Part shown: positions 38,332 through 52,027 of the stretch, piece after piece
How the letters are laid out: each line of letters starts with the position of its first letter
How positions within the stretch are numbered: position 1 is the first letter of the stretch
From: Lama glama
Lineage: Eukaryota
Reading direction: 5' to 3'
Assembly: GCA_028534125.1 (NCBI GenBank)
Contig: CM052816.1
Location: forward strand, 5,892,001-5,956,000
Length of the DNA: 64,000 bases
Position numbers and translations under genes: made by a program
Notes under the pieces: model-generated
What the model was told of the DNA's origin: nothing
Seen by the model: the letters and a program-made list of their open reading frames with translations, nothing else
The model's database searches: none

Positions 38332-38772
38332 TGTCAGAGGTTGAACTGTGTCCTCCTCCGAAATATGTTCATGTCTCAACCCGCAGTACCTCAAAATGTG
38401 ACCTTACTTGGAAATAGGGTCACTGCAGATGTAATTAGTGAGGATGAGGTCATACTGGGGTAGGGTGGGCCTGTGCGACTGATGTCCTAAGAAGAGAAGA
38501 CATAGACACACAAAGGGAATCACTGTGTGACAGTGGAGACAGAGACTGGTGCAGTCGCTGCAAGCCAGTGAATGACAAGGATTACTGGCAACTACGGGAA
38601 CCTAGAAAAAGGCAAGGAAAGATTCTCACCTACAGTTTTTAGAGAGAGCGTGGTCCTACCGACACCTTGATTTCAGACTTCCTGCCTCCAGAACTGTGAG
38701 ACAATAACTTTTTGTTGTTTTAAGCCACCTGTTTGTGGTACCTAGTTATAACATTCCTAGGAAATGAATACA
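38332..38772 (+). mobile_element. MaLR solo LTR (MLT1B/C-like) inserted in a MER5-type MITE
   Basis: tgtcagaggttgaactgtgtcc...aatgtgaccttacttggaaatagggtc...gacaccttgatttcagacttcctgcctccagaactgtgagacaataa...ctaggaaatgaataca; MER5-like halves at 38271-38331 and 38773-38880. Confidence 0.9.
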
Positions 38773-39424
38773 CCTCACTTCTAAACTTACAGAATTAAAA
38801 AGTCAGGGGAGGAGCCTGGAAACACAGTTATAAAAAGCTCCCTAGAAAAAAATTTGGTGCACATCGTGGTTTATGAACTTTGAAATAAGTGCCTTCCCAA
38901 CTGTGGAATTCTTTGACTCGTGTAGAAATCTGACTCCAGCTTCTGGCTCTGGAGATACATCACCGGAACAATGAACTAGGAAAGAGATGCTTGGGTGATA
39001 AGGAAACTTTCCTGCATTCTGTGGCAGAACAATGGAGTCCCGCAAACAGCGAACGAAGAGAAAGAATCTCGGGTGGTGCTGAGGGCTCATCCTCCTTCTA
39101 GGCTCATTCACAACCCCCCTAAACATAAACTACTTAAAAGGCAAAGTTGATGGGAGCTACCAGTGAGTCAAGGATCCCTTTGAGATACTAATAAAAACGA
39201 TAAACATCCTTGCCAGAAATGTGCCTACACTTCCACAGAGCTCCAGACACCCTGATCCCCCTCTGCTGACTTTCCAGGGATCCATGAACATCCCACCAAG
39301 AACCTCTGGATGCGGCAACTCGGCATGGCCCATTGGTGCTAACCTAAAACCTTCAGAGAGCAAACAGGAAGCAGTGATGGCTACTCTTCGCTGGTTCTAC
39401 CTTGTCCACCTGTGGCAGGAGGGG

Positions 39425-39992
39425 CTTCGTCCATCCATCCCCACACATGTGCACTGGGCATCTACTCTGTGTCACAGCACCTTTGTTCCTGCTCCAGGTT
39501 TGAGAGACATTGAGAATCCCAAGTGTCACGGCACTGATCTTATAGTAAGACCGCCCTAGGTAAATGAGTCAGCAGGTGCCAGGAAGACAATGTGACAGGG
39601 CAGTGTGGTGGGGGCAGACTATGCATAGGAGTGGAGGCCAAACAGGGAGGTCAGGGAAGTACTTCTGAGCCGAGCTGGGACCCAGTGATGTGAAGGAGCC
39701 AATCACGGACAATGTGGGGGAAGAGAGGTGCAGGCGGGAAGAATTGTGGATGCATTGCCCCTAAAGTAGGAGAAAGCTCGGCACATGGGAGGTGCAGAGG
39801 GAAGGCCAGTGTGGCTCCAGCACAGTCAGCTGGGAGCTGTGTGGGAGGTGGGGTCAGAGAGGTCAACAGAGATCAGGTCAGGCTCACCGTCTGGGTCATG
39901 GGCGGCATCTGGATTTCATTCTAAGCACCATGGGAAGCCAAGAGAGGATTTTTAAACCACAGAATGAGGTGATCTGATTTACATTTTAGGAG
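39425..39992 (-). mobile_element. LINE-2 fragment
   Basis: ggtcagggaagtacttctgagc...gtgcagagggaaggccagtgtggct...gatttcattctaagcaccatgggaagcca...gatctgatttacattttag. Confidence 0.78.
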
Positions 39993-41077
39993 GGAGGGGT
40001 GACTTTCTAAGGTTTTCCACTGCGGACTTTCTAGAAAGAAACAGTCTCGTGTCCTTCCATCATTGCTGCCAATGTGGACAGAATGTCAGTGTAACTGAAC
40101 ACAGTACTGTGCTACCGTGACAAGCAATGATATCTCACGGACGTGCAGCCGGGGAAGAAAGGGAGGGCAGGAAGCTGTCTGCATGCCAAACTTCGAACTG
40201 AGCCCGGCTTCCCTGTGAAATGCATAAACTACCTTTGTTATTTCTAAAGGGTTATCTGTTGAAACAGCTTTAGGCAAAACCTGTCATAAGATGTCTCTCC
40301 AAATGCACACCGAAACTCACAACGGATCTCAGCTGCCTCCCTATTAGGATGTTGACACATGGAACATCAAAGCCAGAGATGCCCCACTGAGCGGCACTGC
40401 CAAGGCACCGGCAAGCTGCTCTGAACACAGAGAGTGGTGGGAACCCAGGCAGCGGAGGGCCGCTCTCGCCCCCTCCCTTCTCCTCTCCCTGAATCCAAAT
40501 TTCAGCTTCTAATGAGATGTCGCAGCCTGAGCTAGTGGCTGACCCCCAGAAACTGGCACCAGCGTGTAATATTAATGAGATGAACACATGCATCTTAGTA
40601 GATTACCAAATACTAAGTGCATTCTCTTCCATGATCCCATTGAAATCTCACGAACACCCTAGGATGAGAGCTGCATGGGTATTTTTATCCATTTAATCAA
40701 AGAGAAGCTTGGCTCCAGGGCAGGCACTTGACCAAGACCAAAAGGCTCACACCTGGGTGTCAGATTTCCACCCTGGTACTCACACACATCCCACTGAACT
40801 CGGCTGCCTCTGACATGCGCCACAGCTTAGGCTCAAATTGGACAGGATAATGTGTACAGCTGCCAAGTTGTAGAGAAGGTCAGTGAGACTAGTGCAATGA
40901 TTTAAAGCTGGGTCTGTGACCCAGTGCATCTGGGTTTGAGGGCTGGCGGTGTGAGCTCAGGCCAGTTATGCCATCTCCCTCTGTTCCATTTAACACATAT
41001 GTAAAATGTGGGAACTAATAGTTTCTATGCTATTCTGGTAGGTGAGACGCAACCTCTGCCACAAAATTACCAGCTCT

Positions 41078-41143
41078 GATGTGATGATGATGGTGATGAT
41101 GGTGATGGTGATGTTGATGCTGATGCTGATGCTGATGGTGATA
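41078..41143. repeat. (GAT/GGT/GCT)n trinucleotide-type simple repeat
   Basis: gatgtgatgatgatggtgatgatggtgatggtgatgttgatgctgatgctgatgctgatggtgat. Confidence 0.9.
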
Positions 41144-42974
41144 ACAGCAAGAACTAGCATTTATCGTGCATTTACTCCGCGTTGGGTCCTGTGCCCACTC
41201 TTTATACACGCTTCACATATCTGGTTTCTTAGTGCCTGTTGCACGATGTACAATACACAACTGCTTTGTTGACTATTGAGCTTTTTAAAGTTAGAGATAA
41301 TGTTCTAGGACAGATGAAAAAAATTCTCTATTTTAGTTACTGGAGGTAAAGGTGGGAGTTTGGGAGAAGGAAGTGACTCCAGGAAGATCATAGGGAATTT
41401 GTCTTTTTTTCCCCCATGGAGAGTGTCCAAATCTGGAACTAAGGAAACACAGTGTATTCCATGGGCCAGACTATAAGAGCCTTTTATATTACAAATAATT
41501 CAATGTATAATCAAAATGGCCAAATATATCCTATCCAGCCCACACATGGTTGAATCAAAGAATGCTAAAGTTGGGAGGAACTCAAAGATTCAGCTTATCC
41601 AAACCCTTGAGGGGAGAGCAAGAGAAGCCTGAGGCAAATGCATGGTGGGCACAAAGTCAGCCCCAAGGTCAGAGACACCTCTTTTCCAACCACAAGGGAA
41701 GACTCTCAACTTACTGAACGTCTGTTCCCAGTCCTATTCCTTCTTTGGCAATGCCGCTAACTGTGGACTGCCTTCATGTCTTTTGTATCTTCTCCGTCCA
41801 TGGCAGCCCTCAGCTCTGTACGAGGCTGAGAGGCAGGATGACAGGAACTTTAGTAGGTGCTTGAACAGGTGGTACCAAGAACACTTGCCCATGTGGCTCC
41901 TGCCTGTGGTCCTGTTTCTCTGTGTGCAAAATGTGAGAAGAGGGCTGGACTGTATGGATCCAATGTTTTCCCACAGTCTCAAAATCCTCCAATTCCTATT
42001 TATTTAATCTGGGATTTAGGATCCTAGTTTTCTTTCCTAAGACTCCCAGGGGAGCGGAGGGGGTCTTGACACGGTGTGCTGGCACAGGATCTGGGAGCTC
42101 TGTGAGCGAGTTTCACCTCCTCCGTCACTCACGCTGTGACCTTGAGGCAAACCACTTATGTGCTTCATGGCCATTTCCCCAATGAGAACACTCCCACTCT
42201 ACCTCTGTGGGTGAGTGTGAGCTAAATTAAAACAATAGATGGGAAAAAATGCGTTGAGAAAAGTAGCAAAGGGCTATAAATACACCCATGTGTGTGTGTA
42301 TATATATCTGTATGCATTATTAATCATGTTATTATCATCGTTATCCGTATTATTCTTCACAACTCCTTCGTGGGTAATCGGGGACCTATGACTAATGAGA
42401 ACCAGCTTCCACCGACTGCAGAAAGAGAGCTGAGAAGGTGCCCGGCTCCAGGCAAAGACCTGCTGACTTGACCCTCAGTCTGGCCCATGATAATTCTCTC
42501 CGGAGACTTTTATTTCTTAGGGTTAAAAAGCACATTTGATTCTGGTTGATATTTTCCTGGGCCAAATATAGAGAATAAGTTGGTCCCATGGAATAAAGAA
42601 ACCAAATCCAAAGTCTAATAAACAAAAAACATAGAAGGTACTTTTTACTGGGATGGGGTTCTCAAAGCATTTGTGGCTGATTTCTGATCTGTTCCTGTGA
42701 AGGAGGCCAGGCTTTGGGGAAATGATTATTGATAAAACCTTATATGTGCCTGACGCTTTGTAGTTTATAAAGGATGTTCATATTTTTATTGAAAAATTCA
42801 AGTCAATTAAATATTTATCAAATGCTACTTGGAGCAACGTATTATAATGAACGTTATTCGATACCCCAGCAACCTCTTGGAAGGACACAGACTACAAAGT
42901 TTTTCCTCCATTTTTAGGAGAGGAAAGGGAAACACAGAAGTTGAAACAATGGGACAAAGTCAAATTTTAAAACA

Positions 42975-43612
42975 GAGATTAGATCACATGACACGTCTAC
43001 TTACAGCCTTCCAGTGGCCTCTCATGCGCTTAAAATAAAATCCAAACTTCTCTCCGTGGCCTCGCAGGCTCTGCCTAATCTGCCCTTTCTCTCCTCTGTC
43101 TTCCCAGTCTGATCCTCCATCAGTCTGTGCCTTGCCAAAAATGCTCTAGTTACCTGGCTGCCTCTCAGTGCCTCAAACTCCACCACTAGGCTTCTTCCTA
43201 CCACAGGACCACTGCATGCATTGCTTCCCCTCACTAGAATATTTTTCCCTCAAATTTTTGTAGAGCTAGTACCTTCTCAGCCTTTGAGACTGGGCTTATA
43301 TCTCACCACCTCAGAGAGGGTTTTGATTGACTACACTATTCAAACAATACCCCCTTTTACTTTTCTTAACACATTGCTCTTTTCTTCAGGGCGTTTATGT
43401 CTCACAATTATGACATATATTTAGACATTTATTTGTTGTGTGTGCATGTAGATGTGTGTGCGTATCTTCTTTGTCTGTCTTACACCATTAGTACTAAGGT
43501 CCATAAAGTCAGGAGTCTTGTCCCTGTTACTCACTACTGTATTCCCAAAGATTGTCAGAGCCTGCTACAGAATAGGAACTCAACATATAATGAATGAGTC
43601 AATGAGTGAAGT
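42975..43612 (+). mobile_element. LINE-2 3' region
   Basis: ccttccagtggcctctcatgcgcttaaaataaaatccaaactt...cacctcagagagg...taatgaatgagtcaatgagtgaa. Confidence 0.8.
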
Positions 43613-44089
43613 TTATAAACTTTGGACCCGAGTCTCGAACACAGGTCTTGTGACTTCTGGTTTTCTGGTCCTTCCCTTTATTCTACATGATCTCCCTGCA
43701 ACCCAAGCATTGGTACCCTCAACTCTGTGCCTCAGGATGGGAATACGCAAGAGGTCTGTTTTTTCTCATATGAGGGAGGACCTGCAAACACACTAACATA
43801 CAGCATGTGAAAGAGGATAGTCTTTTACAAATAGTCTTGGTTGTTGAGGGCCTTGCTTCAAAGGAAATTTACTAATTTTCTATATTGCAAAATTACAGCA
43901 GAAAGGCTCAGTGCCCATCCCCATTTGACAGACTCCCAGGCTGCTTAGAGGTAAATGACTGCAGGGCATGCCTGCTTTCTGTGCCCTTGGATTTGTGCTG
44001 AAGTTTGGGTTATCACTGAGGAAACTGAAAAAATTTGGCAGATACTTAGAGCAGCTGTCAACTCACTTAATCCCCCTTTCTCTCCCAAC

Positions 44090-44187
44090 TATCCATCGAT
44101 CAATCGATCGATCCATCCATCCATCCGTCTGTCCATCCGTCCGTCCATCCATCCATCCATCCATCCATCCATCCATCCATCCATCCA
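44090..44187. repeat. (ATCC)n/(GTCC)n microsatellite
   Basis: Tandem atcc units with gtcc/atcg variants, at an L2/MIR-like tail. Confidence 0.95.
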
Positions 44188-44708
44188 GTATTCACTGAGA
44201 GTTCACTATGTATCAGGCAACCTGGCCAACTATTAGTAACCTTTCTAAAACTCAAACAAACTAAAGTACGGCATGGGCTTGCTGTGAGGGTCAAAGGTTG
44301 CAAAATAAGTAACACCCATTAAAACAGTCAAGTCTAGAACACATAGAAGGAATTATGATTAGTAGCAATGTGACTTAGCAAGTGGAGAGCAAGGGAGAGA
44401 TGGAAGCTAATACAATTAAAGTCTAATGTGGCTGCTCATTTAGGGAATTATTTGGACATAGTCTTTACTTTTTGTAACAATTAATATATTCTACAAAAAT
44501 TTCAATGATGTCGAAGAAAGGTTTCTGTGATGTGACTTGTTTCAATAAATAGTCCCCACTCTTTCCCAGGGAAATAATTCAGAAAATTAAAATAGAAAAT
44601 ACTGCTGAAAGTAGGTGTCAATGATTGGAATATTATTTCAAATGGAAGTACAGAGTCCAAAGCATTACGATAGTCAGCAAATGTCTTTGGACATTTGCAT
44701 AGGCTATT

Positions 44709-45315
44709 TTTTTTTTACCGTTCTATGATTTCACTAGAATAATTTTTTTAATTGTATAGTCACTTTACAACATTGTATCAATTTCTGGTGTATGTACAGC
44801 ATAGTGTTTCAGTCATACATAAACATACATATATTTGTTTTCATATTCTTTTTCATTACAGATTACTACAAGATATTGAATATAGGTCCCTGTGCCACAC
44901 GGAAGAAACTTGTTCACCTATTTTATATATAGTAGTTACTATCTGCAAATCTCGAACTCCCAGTTTAGCCTTTCCCATCCCTTTTCCTGCTGGTAACCAT
45001 AGTTTTTTCCCATGTCTGTGAGTCTGTCTGTTTTGTAAATAAGTTCCTTTCTGTGTTTTTATCTTTTTTAGATTCCACATATGAATGATATCATATGGTA
45101 TTTTTTCTTTCTCTTTCAGGCTTACTTCGCTTAGAATGATGATCTCCAGGGCCATCCATGTTGCTGCCAATGGCATTATTTTATTCTTTTTTATGACTGA
45201 GTAGTATTCCATTGTATAAATATACCATAACTTCTTTATCCAGTCATCTTTTGGTGAACGTTTGGGTTGTTTCCATGCCTTGGCTATTGTGTATAGTGCT
45301 GCTATGAACATTGGG
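44709..45315 (-). mobile_element. Young lineage-specific LINE-1 (ORF2 end and 3' UTR) with TSD and probable 3' transduction
   Basis: ORF 44856-45320 (PMFIAALYTIAKAWKQPK..DDWIKKLWYIYTMEYYSVIKKNKIMPLAATWMALEIIILSEVS) matches the L1 ORF2-end region; TSD tgcataggctatt (44696-44708) / tgcacaggctatt (45316-45328). Confidence 0.93.
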
Positions 45316-48300
45316 TGCACAGGCTATTGCCCTGCTTGCTCCTTCCTCTCGCCTCTTCTAGTATGCAAGTACAGTATGATTGTTTAAGACTCTGCTGCTT
45401 CCTAATCTCTCCCAGGAAGCATTTCCTAATCTCCTTAGGATATTTGCATATTTTCCTCTTCTTTCCAAATTCTCACAATGTATATAAACTAAATCCTAGA
45501 AATTCATAGTTAATTCTTTGCCTCTTGCGGGTTTTTCCCCCCCTCATTTAGATCAAGTTAACTTTGTTTAGTGAACACCGTCATCATCATCTCTGTCTTA
45601 AAAATGGGAAGAATGAGTCTCACACAATTTAAATGGAGTACAATGATTAGGTGACCAGCAGGTGATGGACGTCCAATTAGAAACTAGGTTTTTGAACTAT
45701 CAGTCCGTTTCTCTTTATAGCACAATTCCCTGTATCTGAATCAGTATGATTTGAATTGGGAATGGCAGATGAGTCTTGATGAGTGTACTTCTTCTTCCAG
45801 TGCTGGTGGTACACGTAAAGACCTGCTGTGTACAGGTCACGAAAGCCTCCAGATCCAACATCCCTTTTGTGTAACCATCAGTCTAAGGTGGCTGGTGACC
45901 CTCATGCCCAAGGAAAATCCTCACTTCATTTCTGACATTAAACTGCAAAGAGCCAGAAAGCTGAGTGGCCCATATCTCTCAGGGAAGGTCAGGCAGTCAC
46001 TGGGGCCAGGTAGTGGGAAGGGCCCCAGGATACTTCATGAAACTCTACTAGAGTTCAAGTTCTAGATCTGAGTACTAGTCCCAGCTCTGCTGAGAATTCC
46101 AGGTGACTCTTGCAAAAGGCCTGCATCCTCTCTGGGTCTCTGTTTCTTATTTGCAACACCACAGATTTCGGAAACTCTCTAAAGTGTCTCCTCTTGCTGA
46201 TGTTCAGTGACCTTTTTCAGCCTTTAGGACCTCCCAGACTCTCAAGGAGTAAGTTCCCAAAATCTGAGGTGCTGGACTGTGGGGCTATTGAATTTTCGAC
46301 CCTTCATAGGTCGTCAAAATGGTAAACAGCATTGCTGAACAGGCAGTGTGCAAAATGTTTTTATTTCCCTACATAAGCTCATGGAATATGACTTCTGTTA
46401 AGAACCGAAAATCAGGCAATGAAGAGTTAAGCAGATAGGCAAACAGTGTTTCAGGCCTGGCTGAGGCTTTTGTGTCCCTTTGTCTGTGTCTGCGGTGGGG
46501 GTTGGGGGACAGCTCCCCAGGTAATTCAAGCATATTATTCTTTGTTTTAAACAGCTCTCTCTCTTTTTCTGTTTCTCATCTTGACTTCCAAGGGAGCGCT
46601 GTGCGTAGCACTACTGAGCTGAGGAAGATAAGGCCCAAGAGACCATCCCAGGATTAAATAGAGTCTCCTTGTGATTTAGAAGCCTGTGATTTCCAGCTCT
46701 AAATCAACATGAATTCTCCATTTAATTTGAATCATTGGGTTTTATGAGTCTGTTTCCCTTTCAGTTTATCAGCCAGATCCCGTCTTTCTCTCCCTGTCTC
46801 TAGCTCCCTCTCAATCTTTCCCCCACCCCGCTATGGTTTCAGTGTTGCGCAGGCAGAGAGCTCATACTCCGGCAAGGCTGAAAGGGACCTAGACCAAGCC
46901 CTGGGCAGCACAGATAGGGAAACTGAGACCACGTGGAGGCAAGAGATTTGTTCAAGGTCACCTGCCTGGTGGTTTCTTCTCTCACTCCCATCTGTATTGT
47001 GTTTCTCTCCCATCCCCTCTCCTTTCTTTACCTCACACAAAGGCTTTTGTTAACTTCAATTGTTTATTCCTTCTTTCTTCCAGTAAAGAATCAGTTGTCC
47101 CCTTCAGGGGTTCACAGCAGCCTACTGAAACTTCAATTAATCAGAGATCAGGTTACAAGACTCTTAAACCTTGAATTATTTCTCTGATTAGCTTTAAGGA
47201 GAAATAGATAATCTCTCTCCTTTCATCCCTCCTTTCTGTTTTTCACATATACCCAAGATATAGATACTAAGATTGCCTGTATTAAAATTTTTAAAATGCC
47301 TGCATTTAGCCTATTCTCCTGGAGAAAGATATTGATGGTTCAAAGGAAAAAACCCATACCTACTTCTTTGGATGCCCAAATTCAATTACTGGCCATTGAG
47401 GACTTTTTCTATAATGTAGCAGGGCATTTATCATTTTTATTATTATTAAGGACAACAACAGAAACAATCACAAACTAGAACTGACAGTAGTCGCAGTCTT
47501 CCTCTCTGCACACAACAACATGTGGTGAAGTAGATATGACAGTAATGCCCTTCTTGCTGATGAGACAACTGAGGCTCAAAGAGATTAAACAACTTTCCCA
47601 AAGTCATCAAGCTACCAAAATTACAGTTCTGAAACTCGAAATGAAGTCTCCTGTTCCCAAACCCCAGTTGTTATCACCAAGTCACCTGTCTTTTTCTTGA
47701 ATGTTTTTATTTGGTGAGAACTTTGGTCTTCGAGGGAGAGAACCTGGGTTTTGGGCCCCTTGCCAGCTGGGTGAGTTCCTCTTCCCTCAGTCATCCACTC
47801 TGCCTCTTGTGTGCTTCTGTTACAGACTCGTGGAGAGCTGCACTGGGACAGAGCTTTAGTCTTGCTGGTTTCCTGCCTCACCAGAGCACTTGGCATCCAT
47901 CATCACAGTAAGAGTAATTCTCTTGTTGAACTGTCTCGTGCATCACTTTCCTGTCTCTCCCGTTACACCTGGAGCCCCTTGAGTGCACAAGCTGCACCTT
48001 ATTCACCTTTAGGTGTCTTGTGGCTAGGACAGTGCCTAGCACTTAGTAGGTCTTCAAAGTATGTTTACTAAATGTATCAAGACTCCAGTCCAGTACTCTT
48101 GGTTGACATGAGAGATGACTTGCCTAAAAATCTCATAGGGAGCTGAGGGCAGAACTGGAACTAGATGCCCCAGCTCTAGACTTTTTCCCTGCGTATTTCT
48201 GTGTGTGAGGTAGATGATGAGGATATCATGACTACTAATAACGGTTGCAGCCACCACGAGTCAGATGCTGACTAAACGCCAGGCACTGTGCTAAGTACTT

Positions 48301-49999
48301 TCCCATTTGATCTTCCCAGTAATTCTTGGAGGAGAGTTGTATTTTTATCCCCACTTCCCAAGTGAGAAAACTGATATATATATAAATTGCTTTAGGTTGC
48401 AATTAGATTTCTTCTCACCTTGCAAATATGGCTCCCACCCCCAACATAAAAAATGAAATAAAAGTCAGTACTGGGACAGGGACCAGAAGGCCTCTTCCTG
48501 TATGACTACAACACGCAGATGCCTGGCATCCTCAACAGTGGACGTCCTGGCCAAGAAAGCACGGATGAGGAGACATGCTCATTAGCTGCTAGCTTCAGAC
48601 CTCTTAGGTCTCCTTTATTTGGGCTGTCACTCAACGTGGCCTTCTTTTTTCCAGTCCTCCCTCTTGTGAGCATCTCCTGGTGATGCTTATTTGTTTATCT
48701 GAAAGGCCAGGCTCCCTGGGATAGGCTCATTAAGAAGACGTTCCCTTTCACGAGGGCCGGGGAGAACGGCAGGGATGCAGTGTCTCCCGCACGCCTCCTT
48801 CTTGCCATGCCAACATCACAATAGAAGGCGCTCAGCCTAGAGCCCACCGAAACCCAAGTCAGACAAAACGTACTCTGCTGGAGCCCAGCCGTGAGGAAGA
48901 ATGAGCATTTCAAAGCCCTGAACACCCTCTCACCTCCATCATGTAAGCTTCCCTTAACCTTTCATCCCACAATGATGCATCCTTTGGATCCAGTCACAAA
49001 ACCATGCCAGCTGAGGAATACAGCCATATGGTTCCAGTCAGGAGGGACCATAGAGATGTCGGATTAAGCGTGGCCACACCCTGGCATTGGTGCCGGCCAC
49101 TCCCTGGGTCCCCATCCACAGCAGACAGCTCTCATCGACTGTGACACTCTCTTCCCTGCCGAACTTGGATGGTGCCTCAGAATCCTTCTTAAAAAAGCAC
49201 TCTGGGCAGAAGAGAAAAGTAACTCTCCCATTCAGGATGGAAAGCATAGAAGGGGCTAGAAAAGTAACCCCCTGCTTGCCAATTCAACTCTCTTTCTGCC
49301 ACTGTAACTGTCTTGACAACGTCCTCTTTGGGGGTCGTCTCACGTGAATAAGCCTGAACATCACCAGAAAATTTTTAGCTTCCTGAGGGTGGCGCTTGGG
49401 TCGGCTGTTAATCTCCTAGGTACTCATTATGCTGAGTAATGTATTCAGGCTACTTAGTTGACAAGAGAAATGAGTAGACAGACACCAGACCCCAAGTATA
49501 TAAAGGAGACACTTGGAAATTTCAAAAAGGATTATAGGAACCACCTTGGATTAAACAATTACACATTACACAAACATTCTCTGGATGAAATACATTAGAA
49601 AACCACTAAGGCACTTAGAATATTTCTAGGTGCCTAATTGGACCTCACCCAAGGGTAATCAGTTGTAAGAAGTCCAAAAGGCTTTGATGTGAGTTGGTTT
49701 CTTACCTATGACGGCAACTTCTCAAATTTTTCACCAAAGTCACATAAAAGCAGAGAAGGAGGATGTCAGGGATGGCCTTCAGGGATCTGAGGCTTAGTTC
49801 CAATCAATTCATGGGAAGCAAGACATTAGTTTGTAAAATCGTATATTATCCTGAAAATTCTTGTGGGTTTAGATTCTCCTCCAAATTATAGCCATGTTTA
49901 TTTTGATTTAAAAAAAAGTTTTCTCCCAATTTTTAAAGTTAATTTGATGCTCCTGGGAGAAGTGACACGTTTATCCCAGGCTCCACACACACCTTCACA

Positions 50000-50308
50000 C
50001 AGAAGTCAGCTAAAATGGCCCTTGAGAAAAATCCAGCCCACCACCTGTTTTTATAGTCTGTGAACTGAGAGTGGTTTTAATCATTGAAAGTGGTTGAAAA
50101 AATAATAAAAAGAAGAATATTTAGTGACACATGAAAGTTATGTAAAATTCAAATTTCAGTGTCTATAAAAGACATTTCATTGGAACGTATTTGTTTGTGT
50201 ATTATCTGTGGCTGCATGCTACCAAGACAGCATTGAGTAGTTGTGACAGAAACAAAGCCTAAAATACTTACTCTCTGGCCCTTTACAGAAAAAAGTCTTC
50301 CAGTTCTG
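50000..50308. mobile_element. MER58-type hAT-Charlie MITE
   Basis: aatccagcccaccacctgttttt...gtaaaattcaaatttcagtgtc...ttgagtagttgtgacaga...aaagcctaaaatacttactctctggccctttacagaaaaaag. Confidence 0.85.
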
Positions 50309-50374
50309 TCTTGATCTGTTGGCTACCCTATGACCAAACATGTCCCCGTCACGGGAGAGTGTGCTATGTAAATC

Positions 50375-50594
50375 ACTAGTTCTCAACTGGGGGCACTTTT
50401 GCCTTCCAAGGCGCAGTTGGCAATGTCTGGAGATGTTTTGGTCGTCACGAGTGGAAGAAGGGGGTTTCTACTGGCATCATAAGTGTGAGCAGAGGCCAGG
50501 GATGCTGCTGAACACCCTTCAGTGGAAAGATCAGCCCCCAGAACAAAGACTCACCTGATCCAAACTGTCAGTACTGCTGAGACAAGAGACCTTG
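50375..50594. mobile_element. MER20 hAT-Charlie MITE
   Basis: gttctcaactgggggcacttttgcc...ttggcaatgtctggagatgttttgg...agaggccagggatgctgctgaacacc. Confidence 0.88.
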
Positions 50595-50814
50595 GTATAA
50601 GCCGCCTAATGCTGAAGGGTGACTTCTGTCTCCATCCTTCATTTCTTTCCTCATCTCCATTAAACTCAAACTGACTCTTGGTATTAGTAAATCTGAGGGG
50701 ATTATTCATTCAGGCCTGGGAGAAAAACACTCCATAAATAATTATGAGGGATGAGGAAGGCTTCTTATTTCACTGCAGGAATTATTAATAAATATGTAAA
50801 CATAATAATAATTA

Positions 50815-51030
50815 GTTTTTATGAAGCACTTATGTGCTAGGCATTGGGCTAAGTATTTTATATTTATCCTATTACTTAGTCATTATTTCAGCCTTGTGAG
50901 ATCATTATGACTCCCATTATGCAGATGAGGAAATTGAGTCTCAGAAAAGTTAACGGTCAACGGTCGCAAAGCTACCAAGGAGCAGAGCAGTGACTCATAC
51001 CTAAGCAGTACAACTTTAACATCATACCAT
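50815..51030 (-). mobile_element. MIR SINE
   Basis: gcacttatgtgctaggcattgggctaag...cccattatgcagatgaggaaattgagtctcagaaaagttaa. Confidence 0.8.
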
Positions 51031-51929
51031 GAACTTGCTAGAATACATATTGACTCATCATTTCCCTCCTTTGATGTGGGCAAAATAATTTAACTTGTCC
51101 ATCCTGCATCTCTGCCATGAGGCAAAAGAAAGTAACTGGCACCCCAAAAGCCTTGCCTTTAAGACACTGTGCTTGGCACCGATGTCCTTTGCTATAAAAT
51201 TGCTTTGTAAATTCAAGTGCATTGAACCACTTACAAGCTGGTGGGTCAGCAAAACTCTTTAAAAACTACATGATCCATGTTCTAGAGGCTTCTTGTAGGA
51301 AACACATAGCCTGTTGACTCAGTGAGATGTTAAAGCCAATTAGCATCTAAATAGATTTCTTATTTCTCTCCCAGATATAATCAGAATTGGAAGTCATCAT
51401 TAGAGGGTTAACTCTGAAAAGAAAGTAGATAGGTGTTTGAGGCAATGAATCTCAAAGACAGAGGATACTGCTCCCAATTTTGTCAAACCTGTCTTAGAAC
51501 AGAAATGGCAAATACATTCGTTTACATGAATTAATGTGGATTGTCTGACAGGCCACATTGATAGTTGGCTAAGAGCATGGACTCCAGAAATAGATCGTCT
51601 GCGTTCAAATCTCAACTTTGTTTACTATGAATCAGAAAGGCTGCACTGAACCTGTTAACTGAATATTAGCCCTGGGTTCATGAAGCTTGAACTGCAGTCT
51701 CAGCTCTGAAATAAACACTTGTGACCCTGGACAAGTCAGATCACTTGTCTGGGCCTCTGTTTCCATAGTTGTAAAAAGGGAGTGATGGCACTTTCCCTCT
51801 ATCTCTTTGGCTTTATGAGGTTCAACAGAGCTACTATATTTATAGAAAAGATTGTTTGTAGCAATGTCTACTCATGGGAATATTTACAGTTCAATGCCCA
51901 GGAATAGGAAAACTAAACTATGCTATTGT

Positions 51930-52027
51930 CTTGTGCCATTTTGTATAAGGAATTTGATCATCTACAGATTTTGGTATCCACAGGGGTCCTGGAACCATTC
52001 CCCTGTGGATACTGAGGGACAACTGTA
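51930..52027. mobile_element. MER2-like Tigger MITE end
   Basis: gccattttgtataagg...gattttggtatccacaggggtcctggaaccattcccctgtggatactgagggacaactg|TA. Confidence 0.8.

Noticed and set aside
41042..41272. Met/Leu-rich ORF
   Set aside because: Translation of a GAT-based simple repeat at a MIR tail.
44856..45320. 154-aa ORF as a host gene
   Set aside because: It is the L1 ORF2-end region of a truncated insertion.
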